Counted from the whole stretch's first letter, positions 1 to 12,757 are shown. The stretch is DNA of 63,993 nucleotides, filler included, from Octopus bimaculoides (GCF_001194135.2; 7 parts of 6 records of this genome joined end to end with filler, not necessarily neighbours in it); one strand, 5' to 3'. The notes: generated from the letters alone by a model not told the origin. A program made the numbers and translations.

Positions 1-243
1 TCTCCATTTATTCTTTGGTATATTTTGTAGCTCTGCTTCCACTTCTTTTTCTTTTTGTTTCCTTTCTGTTTTTTTTTTTGTCTCTTTGATCATTTCTGTC
101 GTATTGTCATCTGAGATCAATGTTTCAGTGTAGTTTGTTTCTGTTTTGCAAATTGTCGTTTCCTTGTGTATTGAGAAAAGCATTTCTTTTCTTCGTATTT
201 CTTTATTACATGTAGTAGTCGTCCATTTCTTGTTTTCTTCTTA

Positions 244-444
<201 letters not shown>

Positions 445-679
445 CTTGGAGAGTAGCACACCATCAAATTGACGTTGGGTTATATACATACATACATATA
501 TACATACATACATATATATNNNNNNNNNNNNNNNNNNNNNNNNNNNNNNNNNNNNNNNNNNNNNNNNNNNNNNNNNNNNNNNNNNNNNATATATATATAT
601 ATATATATATATACGAAGCCCGATAGACCTGTCTGATAAGAATGCATCAGAATGCATCACAACCATATGTGTGCGACAT

Positions 680-960
680 GGTGGCCTACATCAAGATAAA
701 TGAGGCATGACCTTGCAAATGGCACATCCCGTTCAAAAGGTCTCTGAATGAGGGTTGTTTAAGGATGATGAACAAAAGACAAACCAATGTTTGCAAGGGT
801 GAATTTTTCAAACCCCAAAGAATCCCCCGCTATTCCTGCTCGTGATTGGAGATGCACATATCGTCAGCCCCATAAAGGACATGCTCAAATGGTTAAGGTC
901 AAGCAACTGACAAGCAAATCTGTAGTATTGAGCAGAATATTTGATGTGGCTCATAATTAT
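680..960. repeat. Interspersed repeat fragment, unclassified
   Basis: Complex non-coding block between microsatellites, resembling a recurrent octopus repeat (recall, unverified). Confidence 0.4.
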
Positions 961-983
961 TGTTGCTGTTATTTATTTTCGTT

Positions 984-1027
<44 letters not shown>

Positions 1028-2059
1028 TGGAATTGGAAGAAAATGACCTCATTACTAGTCTCTAACGAATCCTTGATTTTAAAAAGTCGTCGTCAATGCT
1101 TGGAAGCACATTTATCTTTGGAATACATGAATATATCACATTGATTCAGAAAAGAAGAGATATCTTCTTGATGTTCCCGCCTAAGGTTGATTGGCATCAA
1201 AATATATAACAATATGTTAACTGGTAGCATCCATTCATAAAGAATTGCCAAGAGCAACGCAGATTTTAAATCTATTGGTCAAAATATTCTAAGCTGCTGG
1301 AAACATCCCAAAAACCGGTTCATGGAATCGCTATAAAATACTATCTTTAAACTCACCACTTCACTTTATATCTTCGGTGAATTAATTTATATCAATGTAA
1401 CATGAGAATTATTCCAGACATGAAATGGTTAGAACGTATATAAAAGTCATCAATGAGTGTGTTACATAACGAGCTGATGGTTTTCTTATGTTTAAGCTAC
1501 ATCCATTTAACATACCGGAACGGAACGAGTCTACTACTCTTCTACAATACAGAGGAAAGGTTAAGGGAACACATATAAAAGTTATAACCTGAAATTCTAT
1601 TGACCATAATTCAAAACAGATAGGAGCATGTGAAAGAGGGAGGAAACAAGAAGAAAAAAGATTGATGAAGGGAACACAAGGAGAGAAGAAGTTGGTCTAA
1701 TAGATAAGGTAACGGACTGTAAAGCTTAATCTCTTTATTTCTGTTCTGTACTATATTGCATATTGTTTCATCTTTGGACGGTCCCGGCAATATATCAGTT
1801 TTTCAATGAAAATTGTTAACGACTTTTTTCATAGTGCAATGTAACCGATTCCGAGAGGCCGAGAAAGACAGAGTGGAAAAGATTCCCCCACAATATTTCA
1901 TTAATAGTACTTTATCGAATTCAGAAAAATAATAGACAAATTTGACCTCCGTGAGATTTGAACTTAAAACACGGACAGATTACTGTCACGAGTCCTAGGA
2001 GTGATAAGGTCGGTTACAGTTTTGATAGAGTAACAGTAACCGAGATCACAACATTAGCC

Positions 2060-2200
2060 CTGAACGGGATGCTGGTCCGTCGCAGGGTTACTCATTTGCA
2101 GCTGAGTGAACATGAGCAACGCATCGCCCGGCCCATAAGTCAAAACCACAATCTTGCAGTCATGAGCGTAACGTTTTAACCACTAGACCACACGCCATCA
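2060..2200 (-). mobile_element. tRNA-derived SINE with CORE-like and V-like domains, partial
   Basis: Reverse complement gives a tRNA-like head (GTGTGGTCTAGTGGTTAAAACG), then CACTCAGCTGCAAATGAG and CTGCGACGGACCAGCATCCCGTTCAGGG. Similar to 56885-57080. Confidence 0.6.
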
Positions 2201-2983
2201 CCACAGTATAGAAAGCCCGAATAAATAACGAGTCTGCTAATTCCTCGCCTTCAGTTCATAAACCACATTTAACTACGATCGACACAGCTAAAATATGCCA
2301 AAGTTGTCAAACCTGTTTGCTAGGTACATATCTATCGTATCCATACTCTGTTACTTATTTCCAAGTTTAAATTAATTGGGATCCTGGTGCATCAACTCCT
2401 CAAAAATATTTTATGAACAAAATTGTGATTTTGAACTACTTCCTATATCAATATTTGCTTCAGTTATGCACTATTCAACTTTTTTATCTCCTCCGTTCAG
2501 GCACATAGTTCCAATTAGTTAAAGTTATCACGTTCTCTATTTGAAACCAATTGGCCCGTCCTTCATACTTACAATAAGCTTCTTGTAGTCCATTACTTTC
2601 TGTTGACGGTAAGGGAGTAATGAAGAGGTGGTCATTTCAATAGTATCTATGAGCGTAAATTAAGGGATGAGTCAAATAAAAGATCATCAACGTGGGGCTA
2701 GAAATAAGAGCTACATATCCTTCATATCACATCTAACACATAGGAAGGAGGGAGACGAGGAGGAGCAGCAGCAGTCTTTATACGGACGCACACCATATAA
2801 AACTCTTATTACATTGATATAAGTCATTCATTAATTCGGTACTTTAGGCAATATACACTGTAGGATATCTTGCAATTTATACGATAAACTTAATAAAATA
2901 TTTCTGTGACATAAGTTAGAGATATCAACATGAGTTATTAAGGTAATTGTTCGTGGAATGGATCTAATAAAATTAGCTACAGT

Positions 2984-3309
2984 ACACTCGATATTTCAAT
3001 CCGATGTGACAATTTATACTTGGATAGGGATTAAAAAATGTTATATCTTGATAAATTTCCAATATATATTTTAGATATTTTTGAAACAACTCGCCTTATT
3101 AACACTCGATATTTCACATTTAAATCCGATGTATTTATTCTTGGATATAAATTGAAAAATATTATATGCGAATAACTTACATTACCTATTTTTAATATTC
3201 TTGGAGCGATTCGACTTAACACTAGATATTTCTATTTCAAATCAGATGTGAGTAATTATGCCTGGATAGAGATTTTAAAATATTGTATGCTGATAACTGA
3301 CATTACATA
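2984..3309. repeat. Diverged tandem repeat, three units of ~117-118 bp
   Basis: ACACT(C/A)GATATTTC...ATC(C/A)GATGT...TGGATA recurs at 2984, 3102 and 3219. Confidence 0.85.
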
Positions 3310-3339
3310 CTAGCCGGTAAAAGGGGACGACGCCTCCCC
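3310..3339 (-). mobile_element. Helitron-type 3' terminus (hairpin + CTAG|T), minus strand
   Basis: Minus strand reads GGGGA-GGCGTCG-TCCCC hairpin, 9-nt spacer, CTAG, then T. Confidence 0.6.
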
Positions 3340-3579
3340 TCCCAGTGGAGGTGGGGCTGCGGACCCAGTCTATACCCTTCCCTATAACCTTCTCAATTAT
3401 ACCACAGGTAAAGTGGAAGGGGGTTGAGAAACCTCTTCCCTACCCCTCCAACCCCTCACTCCCTCTTTCCCGATTATCCCCCTTAACCCTCCATAGTATT
3501 CTTTCGTTACTTCGAGAGCAGAAATTGAGAGGAGAAAGAGATGAGCCGACATTTGCTTTAAAGTGAAAGGAGAAAGTAA

Positions 3580-3646
3580 AAAATAGACGTGTGTGTGTGG
3601 AAGAGAGTGAGTGAGTGAAGACGTGTTGTCATGTATGTGTCAGTGG

Positions 3647-3689
<43 letters not shown>

Positions 3690-4072
3690 ACGCACATACA
3701 CACGTACATACGAAAAAGATGCGTGCGTATGTATTTATGTATCTACGTGTACATGAAAGATGTGTGAAAGACAGTGAGTTCCACTTACACATACATGCAA
3801 AAAATACATACATGGCAACACACATCTTCACTAACACATTCTCTCTCTCTCTCACACACACACTCACACATACATACCAAAAAATGTATGCATATGTATT
3901 TATGTATGTATATGTATATGAAAGATAGTGTGCGAGAGAGAGAGAGTGAGTACCACTTAAATATACATGACAACACACACCTTCACTCACTCTCTCTCTC
4001 TCTCTCTCTCATACACACACACACTCACATGGCCATACTAAAAAGATGTATGCATGTACGTGTATATGAAAG

Positions 4073-4125
<53 letters not shown>

Positions 4126-4188
4126 CACCACTTACACATACATGCAAAAAATATCCATGGCAACACGCATCTTCACTCACCCACTCTC

Positions 4189-4227
<39 letters not shown>

Positions 4228-4260
4228 ATCTCTATCTCTCTCACGCACACACACTTCCAT
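3580..4260. repeat. Microsatellite-containing minisatellite, about three units of 160-220 bp, inside the Helitron block
   Basis: Units start near 3712, 3878 and 4040 (AAAAA(G)ATG...ATGAAAGAT...CCACTTA...CAACAC...CTTCACT). An inverted partial copy lies near 3605-3640. Confidence 0.8.
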
Positions 4261-4769
4261 TTCATATACACCCACATACATCTTTCACTTTCTCCTCTCT
4301 TTCATCTTCTCCTCTCTTTCACTTTCTGCTCTCACATCAAAGCAAATGTCGCCTTCCAAAAAGAGTAAAGAAATAAACATTTTTTACGGAAATTCACGAA
4401 CAATCATTTGATCCCATATGATCGAGTTTGACAACTATGCTGTTTGGAATGAAAGAATACCTCCTCCATAAAGGTCTAAAATCGTGCATGTACATATTAG
4501 ACATTGGAAAGGGTTACAGGCGATGTCATGCACCCTACACGAGCTAAGCTAACTTAATTTCTCTTGCAAAAGAGAGGGTGGCATTTTCTCACTTTTTCAA
4601 TACTTAAATTACAAGAGAGAATATGTTGTTACCAAAAAGGCTAAAACTTTACTAACTTCTGTCACTGAACCAGGATTTTAATTTCATTTGATACGCACTT
4701 TGCTATCATTTATATGGAGAATTGCAACAGCAACACAAGCTACCCCGTAGTGAAATGGCACCAACTGCC

Positions 4770-5442
4770 AATGATCTCAAAATGCATGTGTTTCCAAACA
4801 TTGCACAAAACTTTAGCAACAGTCAATGGCTATGTGAGCGAGCCATCTTAGCTCCATGTAATGATGCTGTCGACAAAATCAATTGGGATCTCTTGCAGCT
4901 GTTGCCAGGACAAGAATAGTCTTTCAAATCCATCGACACTGTTATTGATCAGGACCAAGCTGTAATTTTTTCCCAACTGAGTTCCTGAACTCTCTACATC
5001 CATCTGGGATGCCACCTCACAACTTAACACTTAAAAAGGGGTCCCAGCCATGCTGCTTAAAAATCTGGATCCACATCACCTGTGCAATGGCACCAGACTG
5101 GTGGTGAAAGTGATGCAACTCCATCTCCTAGAAGCAGCAATTATCATTAGGAAATATAAGGGTGAGGATGTCTTCATTCCACGGATCCCGTTAATCCTAT
5201 CTAACCGCCCCTTTCATTTTAAACGACTCTAGTTCCCAGTGAAACTAGATTTTGCTATGTCGATAAACAAATCTCAAGGATAATCTCTCAAGTTTGTTGG
5301 ACTTAACCTTGCTTCTCCTTGCTTCTCTCATGGGCAATTATATGTAGGATGTTAGCAAGTTGGACGTACCAAAATTCTTTTTATTTGTATCCCAGTTAAA
5401 GGACACACTGAAAACATTGCATATTTAGTTCTACAAAATTAA
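4770..5442 (+). pseudogene. Helitron Rep/Hel PIF1-family helicase, C-terminal part, decayed
   Basis: Translates to LKMHVFPNI...ERAILAPCNDAVDKIN...SIDTVIDQDQAV/PTEFLNSLHPSGMPPHNLTLK/PAMLLKNLDPHHLCNGTRLVVK...VFIPRIPLI...FAMSINKSQG*SLKFVGLNL..PCFSHGQLYVGC*QV. These match PIF1 motifs IV-VI, with 2 frameshifts and 4 internal stops. Confidence 0.93.
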
Positions 5443-5566
5443 ATTGTGATTGATTTCAGGATTTGTTTTAATAACTTCTTATACATACGTCATCTGATAG
5501 AATATTTCTGAAAATATATTTTTTATCAGAATGATTATATTTATTTCCTTAAACAGTCTTTAAACT

Positions 5567-5594
5567 TCCGAGCAACGTCGGGTACTTAGGCTAG
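5567..5594 (+). mobile_element. Helitron 3' terminus (hairpin + CTAG|T)
   Basis: CCGA-GCAACG-TCGG hairpin at 5568-5581, short spacer, CTAG at 5591-5594 followed by T; lies 150 bp after the helicase stop on the same strand. Confidence 0.88.
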
Positions 5595-5602
5595 TGTTAT
5601 AT

Positions 5603-5760
5603 ATTCGAGGGGTTGCTTGAAAGTCTCTGATTTTGGATTTAGAAAATACACGAGCATCAGGTAATAATGATCTTATTCAACATATTCTCCTCTTAAATTG
5701 ACACACTTATTGCAGCGGACCTTCAGATTTTCTAAGCCCTGTAAAAGAAACCCGAAGAAC
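5603..5760 (-). mobile_element. Mariner transposase C-terminus plus terminal region, fragment
   Basis: Minus strand reads QGLENLKVRCNKCVNLRGEYVE* (stop 5673-5675), typical of the mariner C-terminus GI.KL..RW.KC....G.YVE. Confidence 0.8.
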
Positions 5761-5765
5761 TAGGC

Positions 5766-6460
5766 TGAGAAAATTTCATACAGCATTTTAACTAAATGTA
5801 AAGATATAAATTCTGTCTGACTTTCATTATGACGGAGTTCTCAAAGCATTTTCCTCTTATTTTTATTTTGCAATATAATTTTACTTGCGTGAAACTTCGT
5901 ATATATATATATATATATNNNNNNNNNNNNNNNNNNNNNNNNNNNNNNNNNNNNNNNNNNNNNNNNNNNNNNNNNNNNNNNNNNNNNNNNNNNNNNNNNN
6001 NNNNNNNNNNNNNNNNNNNNNNNNNNNNNNNNNNNNNNNNNNNNNNNNNNNNNNNNNNNNNNNNNNNNNNNNNNNNNNNNNNNNNNNNNNNNNNNNNNNN
6101 NNNNNNNNNNNNNNNNNNNNNNNNNNNNNNNNNNNNNNNNNNNNNNNNNNNNNNNNNNNNNNNNNNNNNNNNNNNNNNNNNNNNNNNNNNNNNNNNNNNN
6201 NNNNNNNNNNNNNNNNNNNNNNNNNNNNNNNNNNNNNNATATATGCATATACACATATATACACCCAAACATTGTAAAAAAATAAAACAAAAATGCTTTG
6301 GTAACTTTATCATGAGAAAATTTCATACAGCATTTTAACTAAATGTAAAGATATAGATTTTGTCTGACATTCATTATGATGGAGTTCTCAAAGCATTTTC
6401 CTCTTATTTTTATTTTGCTATATAATTTTACTTGCGTGAAACTTCATATATATATATATG
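5766..6460. repeat. ~150-bp direct duplication spanning an N gap
   Basis: 5766-5918 and 6313-6460 are near-identical, with about 5 substitutions. Confidence 0.85.
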
Positions 6461-6673
6461 TGCGTGTGTGTATCTGTGTGTGTGTGTATGTGTGTGTGTG
6501 TGTATGTGTGTGTGTGTGTGTGTATGTGTATGTGCGTGTGTTTGCAGGTATGCGTGTATGTATAAAACAAAACATTTACGACATATATAGACATATATAC
6601 ACACAAAAAATTTATACGTACGTAATATATACATTACATATACACACAAAAATACATACATGCCCTCACACAG

Positions 6674-6709
<36 letters not shown>

Positions 6710-7214
6710 TCATATTTATATATATATATATATATGAATATGTCCTCATATTTCTGTAGATACACAAGCCTACATTCACATACACACAGACATTATTTAA
6801 AATTGACTACCAATCTTTTACTTCAAGTTTCCTGCCAACAAAAAGCGTTCTTCAGATTACTATTTCTTTTTTCTTGGCATAAAACTTAAATTTATGTTGT
6901 AGTAGCCAAGTTTAACTTATTATGTTATAATAAATATTTACTCTAAAACAGGTATTCACCAATCGTTATGTTGTTGGACATGTTACTTTATTAGTTACAC
7001 AACTTGGAAATATAATAACATATAGATATGAACACATAAGAATATGTATGTGAATAAGTGTGTGTCCATAAATATATAATTATGTATATATAAGAGCATA
7101 TATATATATATACATATATATATGTAGATGTATGCACCAGTGTATGTATATATTCATACCATAGATAGCCATGAAGATATACATACATATATACACATAA
7201 TATATATGTATATA

Positions 7215-7247
<33 letters not shown>

Positions 7248-7421
7248 TTTAAAACGTCGATAAAAGAAAATGGTGAAGGTATATATTTATATATATACAT
7301 ATATACATATATAAACATATATATATATATATACATATATATGTATATATATATTTACCATATAAATATATATGTATATATATATATACATATATATATA
7401 TATGTATATATATACCTTCAC

Positions 7422-7460
<39 letters not shown>
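6450..7460. repeat. Dinucleotide microsatellite field (TA/CA/TG)
   Basis: Directly visible. Confidence 0.9.
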
Positions 7461-7487
7461 ATACTGGCAAGATACTGGCGTTTGCAG

Positions 7488-7527
7488 ACGACTGAGTTGG
7501 TGGTCAATTTCTTGAAAAAGAATCAAG
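7488..7527 (+). CDS. Candidate upstream exon of the host gene ([13 protein letters not shown], phase 0 to 1)
   Basis: tttgcag|...AAG|gtaatt; 40 nt, open frame, phase-compatible with exon 20138. Weak polypyrimidine tract. Confidence 0.4.
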
Positions 7528-8111
7528 GTAATTCTCCATGAATGAATTATATTAATCACAACAAAACGCATATTCTTTGTAATAGAGATTCACAGTTCAA
7601 ACACGTCTAAACTCCAGCAACCCCTAGACAAAGAATTCTTAATGAACGTTTCTCTGATCACGAACGTTAGATTCTACGCTGACCATTGACAAAAAATAAG
7701 CATTTGCTTCTAGCACATATAACACGCGGATCACATATACACTCGCAAACACACGTACACATCGACACACATATACATATACATACACACAACTATACAC
7801 ATGATAAATGTATGTATTGGGAAAAAATGGAAAAAACTAACTACCAATCTTCGTCGGTGGTCCTTATCTTCTGTTTGAAATTGGCAGTTTATGGAATATG
7901 CTGAAAATCATAAAATTGTAAGTAATTAGACAGCTGAATATCATGAGAAAAGAACAAAAGTTATATAGAGTTGAATAATTATGTGGATGAGGATGGTATT
8001 GATGATGATGATGATGAAGATGATGATGATGATGATGATGATGATAATAATGATGTTGATGGGGGGGCGGTGGTGATGATGATGATGATGATGATGATAA
8101 TAATGATGTTG

Positions 8112-9090
8112 NNNNNNNNNNNNNNNNNNNNNNNNNNNNNNNNNNNNNNNNNNNNNNNNNNNNNNNNNNNNNNNNNNNNNNNNNNNNNNNNNNNNNNNNN
8201 NNNNNNNNNNNNNNNNNNNNNNNNNNNNNNNNNNNNNNNNNNNNNNNNNNNNNNNNNNNNNNNNNNNNNNNNNNNNNNNNNNNNNNNNNNNNNNNNNNNN
8301 NNNNNNNNNNNNNNNNNNNNNNNNNNNNNNNNNNNNNNNNNNNNNNNNNNNNNNNNNNNNNNNNNNNNNNNNNNNNNNNNNNNNNNNNNNNNNNNNNNNN
8401 NNNNNNNNNNNNNNNNNNNNNNNNNNNNNNNNNNNNNNNNNNNNNNNNNNNNNNNNNNNNNNNNNNNNNNNNNNNNNNNNNNNNNNNNNNNNNNNNNNNN
8501 NNNNNNNNNNNNNNNNNNNNNNNNNNNNNNNNNNNNNNNNNNNNNNNNNNNNNNNNNNNNNNNNNNNNNNNNNNNNNNNNNNNNNNNNNNNNNNNNNNNN
8601 NNNNNNNNNNNNNNNNNNNNNNNNNNNNNNNNNNNNNNNNNNNNNNNNNNNNNNNNNNNNNNNNNNNNNNNNNNNNNNNNNNNNNNNNNNNNNNNNNNNN
8701 NNNNNNNNNNNNNNNNNNNNNNNNNNNNNNNNNNNNNNNNNNNNNNNNNNNNNNNNNNNNNNNNNNNNNNNNNNNNNNNNNNNNNNNNNNNNNNNNNNNN
8801 NNNNNNNNNNNNNNNNNNNNNNNNNNNNNNNNNNNNNNNNNNNNNNNNNNNNNNNNNNNNNNNNNNNNNNNNNNNNNNNNNNNNNNNNNNNNNNNNNNNN
8901 NNNNNNNNNNNNNNNNNNNNNNNNNNNNNNNNNNNNNNNNNNNNNNNNNNNNNNNNNNNNNNNNNNNNNNNNNNNNNNNNNNNNNNNNNNNNNNNNNNNN
9001 NNNNNNNNNNNNNNNNNNNNNNNNNNNNNNNNNNNNNNNNNNNNNNNNNNNNNNNNNNNNNNNNNNNNNNNNNNNNNNNNNNNNNNNNNN
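8112..9090. other. Largest assembly gap (many others in the window)
   Basis: Run of N. Further exons could be hidden in this and other gaps. Confidence 0.99.
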
Positions 9091-9211
9091 TATATATATA
9101 TTTTAGTTTAACGCTCGGAAAATGAAAAAGTCTGTAATGTTTCGAGCCTACGCTCTTCCAAAGAAAGGAACCCAGAAAGAAACAAGGAGAGAAAATAAAG
9201 AATGTTTAGTG

Positions 9212-9273
<62 letters not shown>

Positions 9274-9804
9274 TGTCTGCATGTAAGCAAGAATGTGTGC
9301 GTATGTTCGCCGTTAGAATTTTGGTGATGTAGTTACATAGTTAAAATCACATGTCACATTTAAGTGAACACATTCAAGCACAAACCATTTATACATAGTT
9401 TAATGTTTTGCTCTGAGCCAAGTCCAAACAGATATAGTTTTCTTTTTTATACCGACATCTATATTGCCTTTGTTGCTTGATGTTTTTCTTACTGAGAGAA
9501 CTTCTAGTCCTTTTATTTACAAAGTTATTTACTAGCAAAGCACTTTAACTTGATAACATAAACACATAAGAGCACAGACATACTCGCACACGCATGCGTA
9601 TGTAATGGTACACAGGAATTAACACATATTCAGTTCTATGTAACAACCGTCATAATCTTAGACTTGTGTGAATTGTATTGTGATATGTGTATGTATGTGC
9701 GTATGTATTATATGTTGATATATGCAAATACTTGTACATAAATATATGTATAATGCTAATATGGAATATATGGTATATATATATATTTATATATATATAT
9801 GTAT

Positions 9805-9851
<47 letters not shown>

Positions 9852-10009
9852 CAAATTATGTAGTGATATACTGAATGACATGCAAAATATTCGTAATTAG
9901 ACAAAGAAACCTAAAACGTAGTGATAATTGATAGTGCCTTGTGACACAAACAAACTTTTATTATTATTGGTCCTTCTCCTTTTCCTCCTCCTTCTCATCA
10001 TCATTATCT

Positions 10010-10047
<38 letters not shown>

Positions 10048-10372
10048 TAGTTTTATTTTTATAACGTGCTTTCACTTCACTACCGAGCGCAGCTCTGTGC
10101 GCCTTGGGTATGTGCTGTGGTTTGCTGTGGTGCTCTTATGTTTACTGTATTGAAAGTGTTTTGCGTAGAATGTGTGCAGTACCCAGTAGTGCAATTTTCT
10201 GTATGTTATATATATTTGTAAGTCCTGCTATTTTTGTTATGTATTTGTCTGAATATTTTTTTATTATACCTAAGGCACCTACTATGATAGGAATTGTTTC
10301 TGTTTTTAGATTCCACATTCGAGTTATCTCTACTTCCAGGTCTTTGTATTTTGAAAGTTTTTCCATTTCTTA
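10010..10372 (-). mobile_element. 5'-truncated R4/Dong-type non-LTR retrotransposon (restriction-like endonuclease C-terminus, 3'UTR, (TAA)n tail)
   Basis: 10142-10366 encodes EKLSKYKDLEVEITRMWNLKTETIPIIVGALGIIKKYSDKYITKIAGLTNIYNIQKIALLGTAHILRKTLSIQ* without disablements, matching the K..KY.DL..E...W...IPI.VGALG...LQK..LLGTA.ILRK pattern. Confidence 0.88.
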
Positions 10373-10407
10373 TTATTATCATCATTACTATTATAAGGTG
10401 GTGAACT

Positions 10408-10565
10408 GATAGAATCGTTAGCATATCGGACAAAGTAATTCGCGATATTTCTTACAGTTTTACGTTCTGAGTTCAAATTCCACCGAGGTTGACTTTGCCT
10501 TTGCTCCTTTCGTGGTCGAGATAATAAGTACCAATCGAGTACTGGGGTAGATATAATCGATTATC
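10408..10565 (+). mobile_element. tRNA-derived SINE, family 1, diverged
   Basis: GTTCTGAGTTCAAATTCCACCGAGGTTGACTTTGCCTTT...AAGTACCA matches the copy at 28298. Confidence 0.85.
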
Positions 10566-11461
10566 TATGATTTTTTTTTTGTGGCTGAATGACTGGAACA
10601 AGTAACAAATAATGTGGACTTTTCTATATTGGTGTAAAGACAGAACGTATCACTGTGTCTCGTGCCCTCAACTTCTGATCAAGTCATAGGGGCATCGTCG
10701 TGACTCTCCGGGATATAATAGGCCTTTTAAAACACCCCACGTTCCACGTCTCAACACAGCTGATTTCTTCCAGTACAAAAGATGGAAGGCAAAGTTCATT
10801 CATTGATGTAAAAGGAAATATAAAAAGGCTCGAATGGACCTTATGAAGATCTGCTGGACATGATATACAAGTTAGATAATAACTGAGTGAAGATTAAAAG
10901 ACGTTATGTAGGGTTAATGCTAACTGTTTCTTTGTGCGCATGAGATAACCGAATTCGTTTTAGGTGGCACAGTAAATTGATGTTGTTCCTTTTTATATTT
11001 TTCTTCAATAAAAAACATACCAGTAGACAGAAGTTCGATTTTATAACGAACGTTTGCCAAATATATATCTTTTTGACCAGTTTGCACAACATCAACGTTT
11101 AACACTTATTATGTATAACATCGAAGCAACCCCCTCATCTGCTGTTTTCGTTATTTGGCAGGAAACAATTTTTGGATGAATGCATGCATTCGTTACCTTC
11201 GCGAAAAGGTGTACTAGAACGACCGGAATTAACATCTTCTTGCATGTTCATTCGCATATAAGAGACATGGAAAGTAGAGACAAACGCACACAATTTTATT
11301 TAAATCATTTATATATCACCGACATATATGTTTCGATGGATACTTTAAAATTAATCCTTGGTATTATTATCCTTATACATGAGGTTACTAATATCTTGAA
11401 GTGCTTATGTGATAGCTACCCTGGTAACTATTTCTCCGGATCTTTCCTTAAAAATTAAACA

Positions 11462-11506
<45 letters not shown>

Positions 11507-11682
11507 TACGCCGTATGTAAACAAAGAAGTTTGTTTTTCGAAGCGCTGCAATGTATGGTAGAACAAGTAGAAAAATAAATTTTATTCAACGCATAGATAC
11601 TGAACGCTAGATAGATATGCGATGCTTTTCGGTAATTAGCGTCGATTTTTACAGTTCTGTAAATAATAATAATAGTAACCTA

Positions 11683-11882
11683 TTAGCTTAAATCTTATAA
11701 GCGATCACCGTGCAATGACTAAAGAAAATTGTCTAATAATGGGGCATATCAGACCTCGACGGGAAAAATTAAGTTTTCCGATACGCGAAAACTTACTTTA
11801 TTCCGTCAAAGACTTATATGCCCCATTATTACACACTTTTCTTAAGTCATTGCGCGTTGATCAGCTATAAGCTTTACGCTTA
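11683..11882. repeat. ~200-bp fold-back palindrome (MITE-like)
   Basis: Arms 11694-11779 and 11788-11871 are about 80% complementary, including TAATAATGGGGCATAT/ATATGCCCCATTATTA; loop about 10 nt. Confidence 0.85.
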
Positions 11883-11935
11883 TAAAATACTATTATTAAT
11901 ACATATACATATATACATATATGTATGTATACATA

Positions 11936-12167
11936 CAAGGTTGGCCAAAAGTCACCTGACAGTAAATCAAAACCATTTAATTCTATGATGTATTTGTTTA
12001 ACAACTGAATGGATTTAATAAAAGCATCTAAATATGAAACATCATGGGAATTGTTCAAATCGAAGTCCTTCTTGAGCGACACATTTTTCTCAAATGAATG
12101 AATAAAATTGAATATTAAGTATTTATGGAATTTTGATTTCCTGTCATGTGACTTTTGGTCAAACCTC
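11936..12167. mobile_element. Tc1/mariner-type MITE with ~35-bp TIRs and TA target site
   Basis: Left TA|CAAGGTTGGCCAAAAGTCACCTGACAGTAAATCAAAA; right reverse complement TA|GAGGTTTGACCAAAAGTCACATGACAGGAAATCAAAA. Confidence 0.85.
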
Positions 12168-12529
12168 TATGTATGTATTTATGTATGTATGTATGTATGT
12201 ATGTATGTATGTATGTATGTATTATTTAGTCATTTTCTTTTTAGCTACGGAAGCACATGACTTTCACTTATTCAGGAGGCGAGTTTTGCTGAAGTGTTTG
12301 TTTTACATGCCAGCTTTAGAGAAAAGGATGTCTAAAATTATATTTTCCCGCTTAATAAGCAAAAGAAATAAAAGAAAATTAGTGCTCATTCTCTCTTGAC
12401 TTAGTTACTAACGAATTAAAACAGGAAAAAGAAAATAAAAATCAGCAACATTTTGAAACATATTGATGGTGGTGCTGCGGAGGAAAAAAAACAGGCGTCT
12501 CGCTAAAGCAAAAGAAACAACAACCACAA

Positions 12530-12554
12530 ATGAATAATCATGATGACAACCACG

Positions 12555-12633
<79 letters not shown>

Positions 12634-12647
12634 TGATAATAATAATA

Positions 12648-12688
<41 letters not shown>

Positions 12689-12724
12689 AATGATGATGAT
12701 GATGATGATGATGATAATAATAGC

Positions 12725-12757
<33 letters not shown>

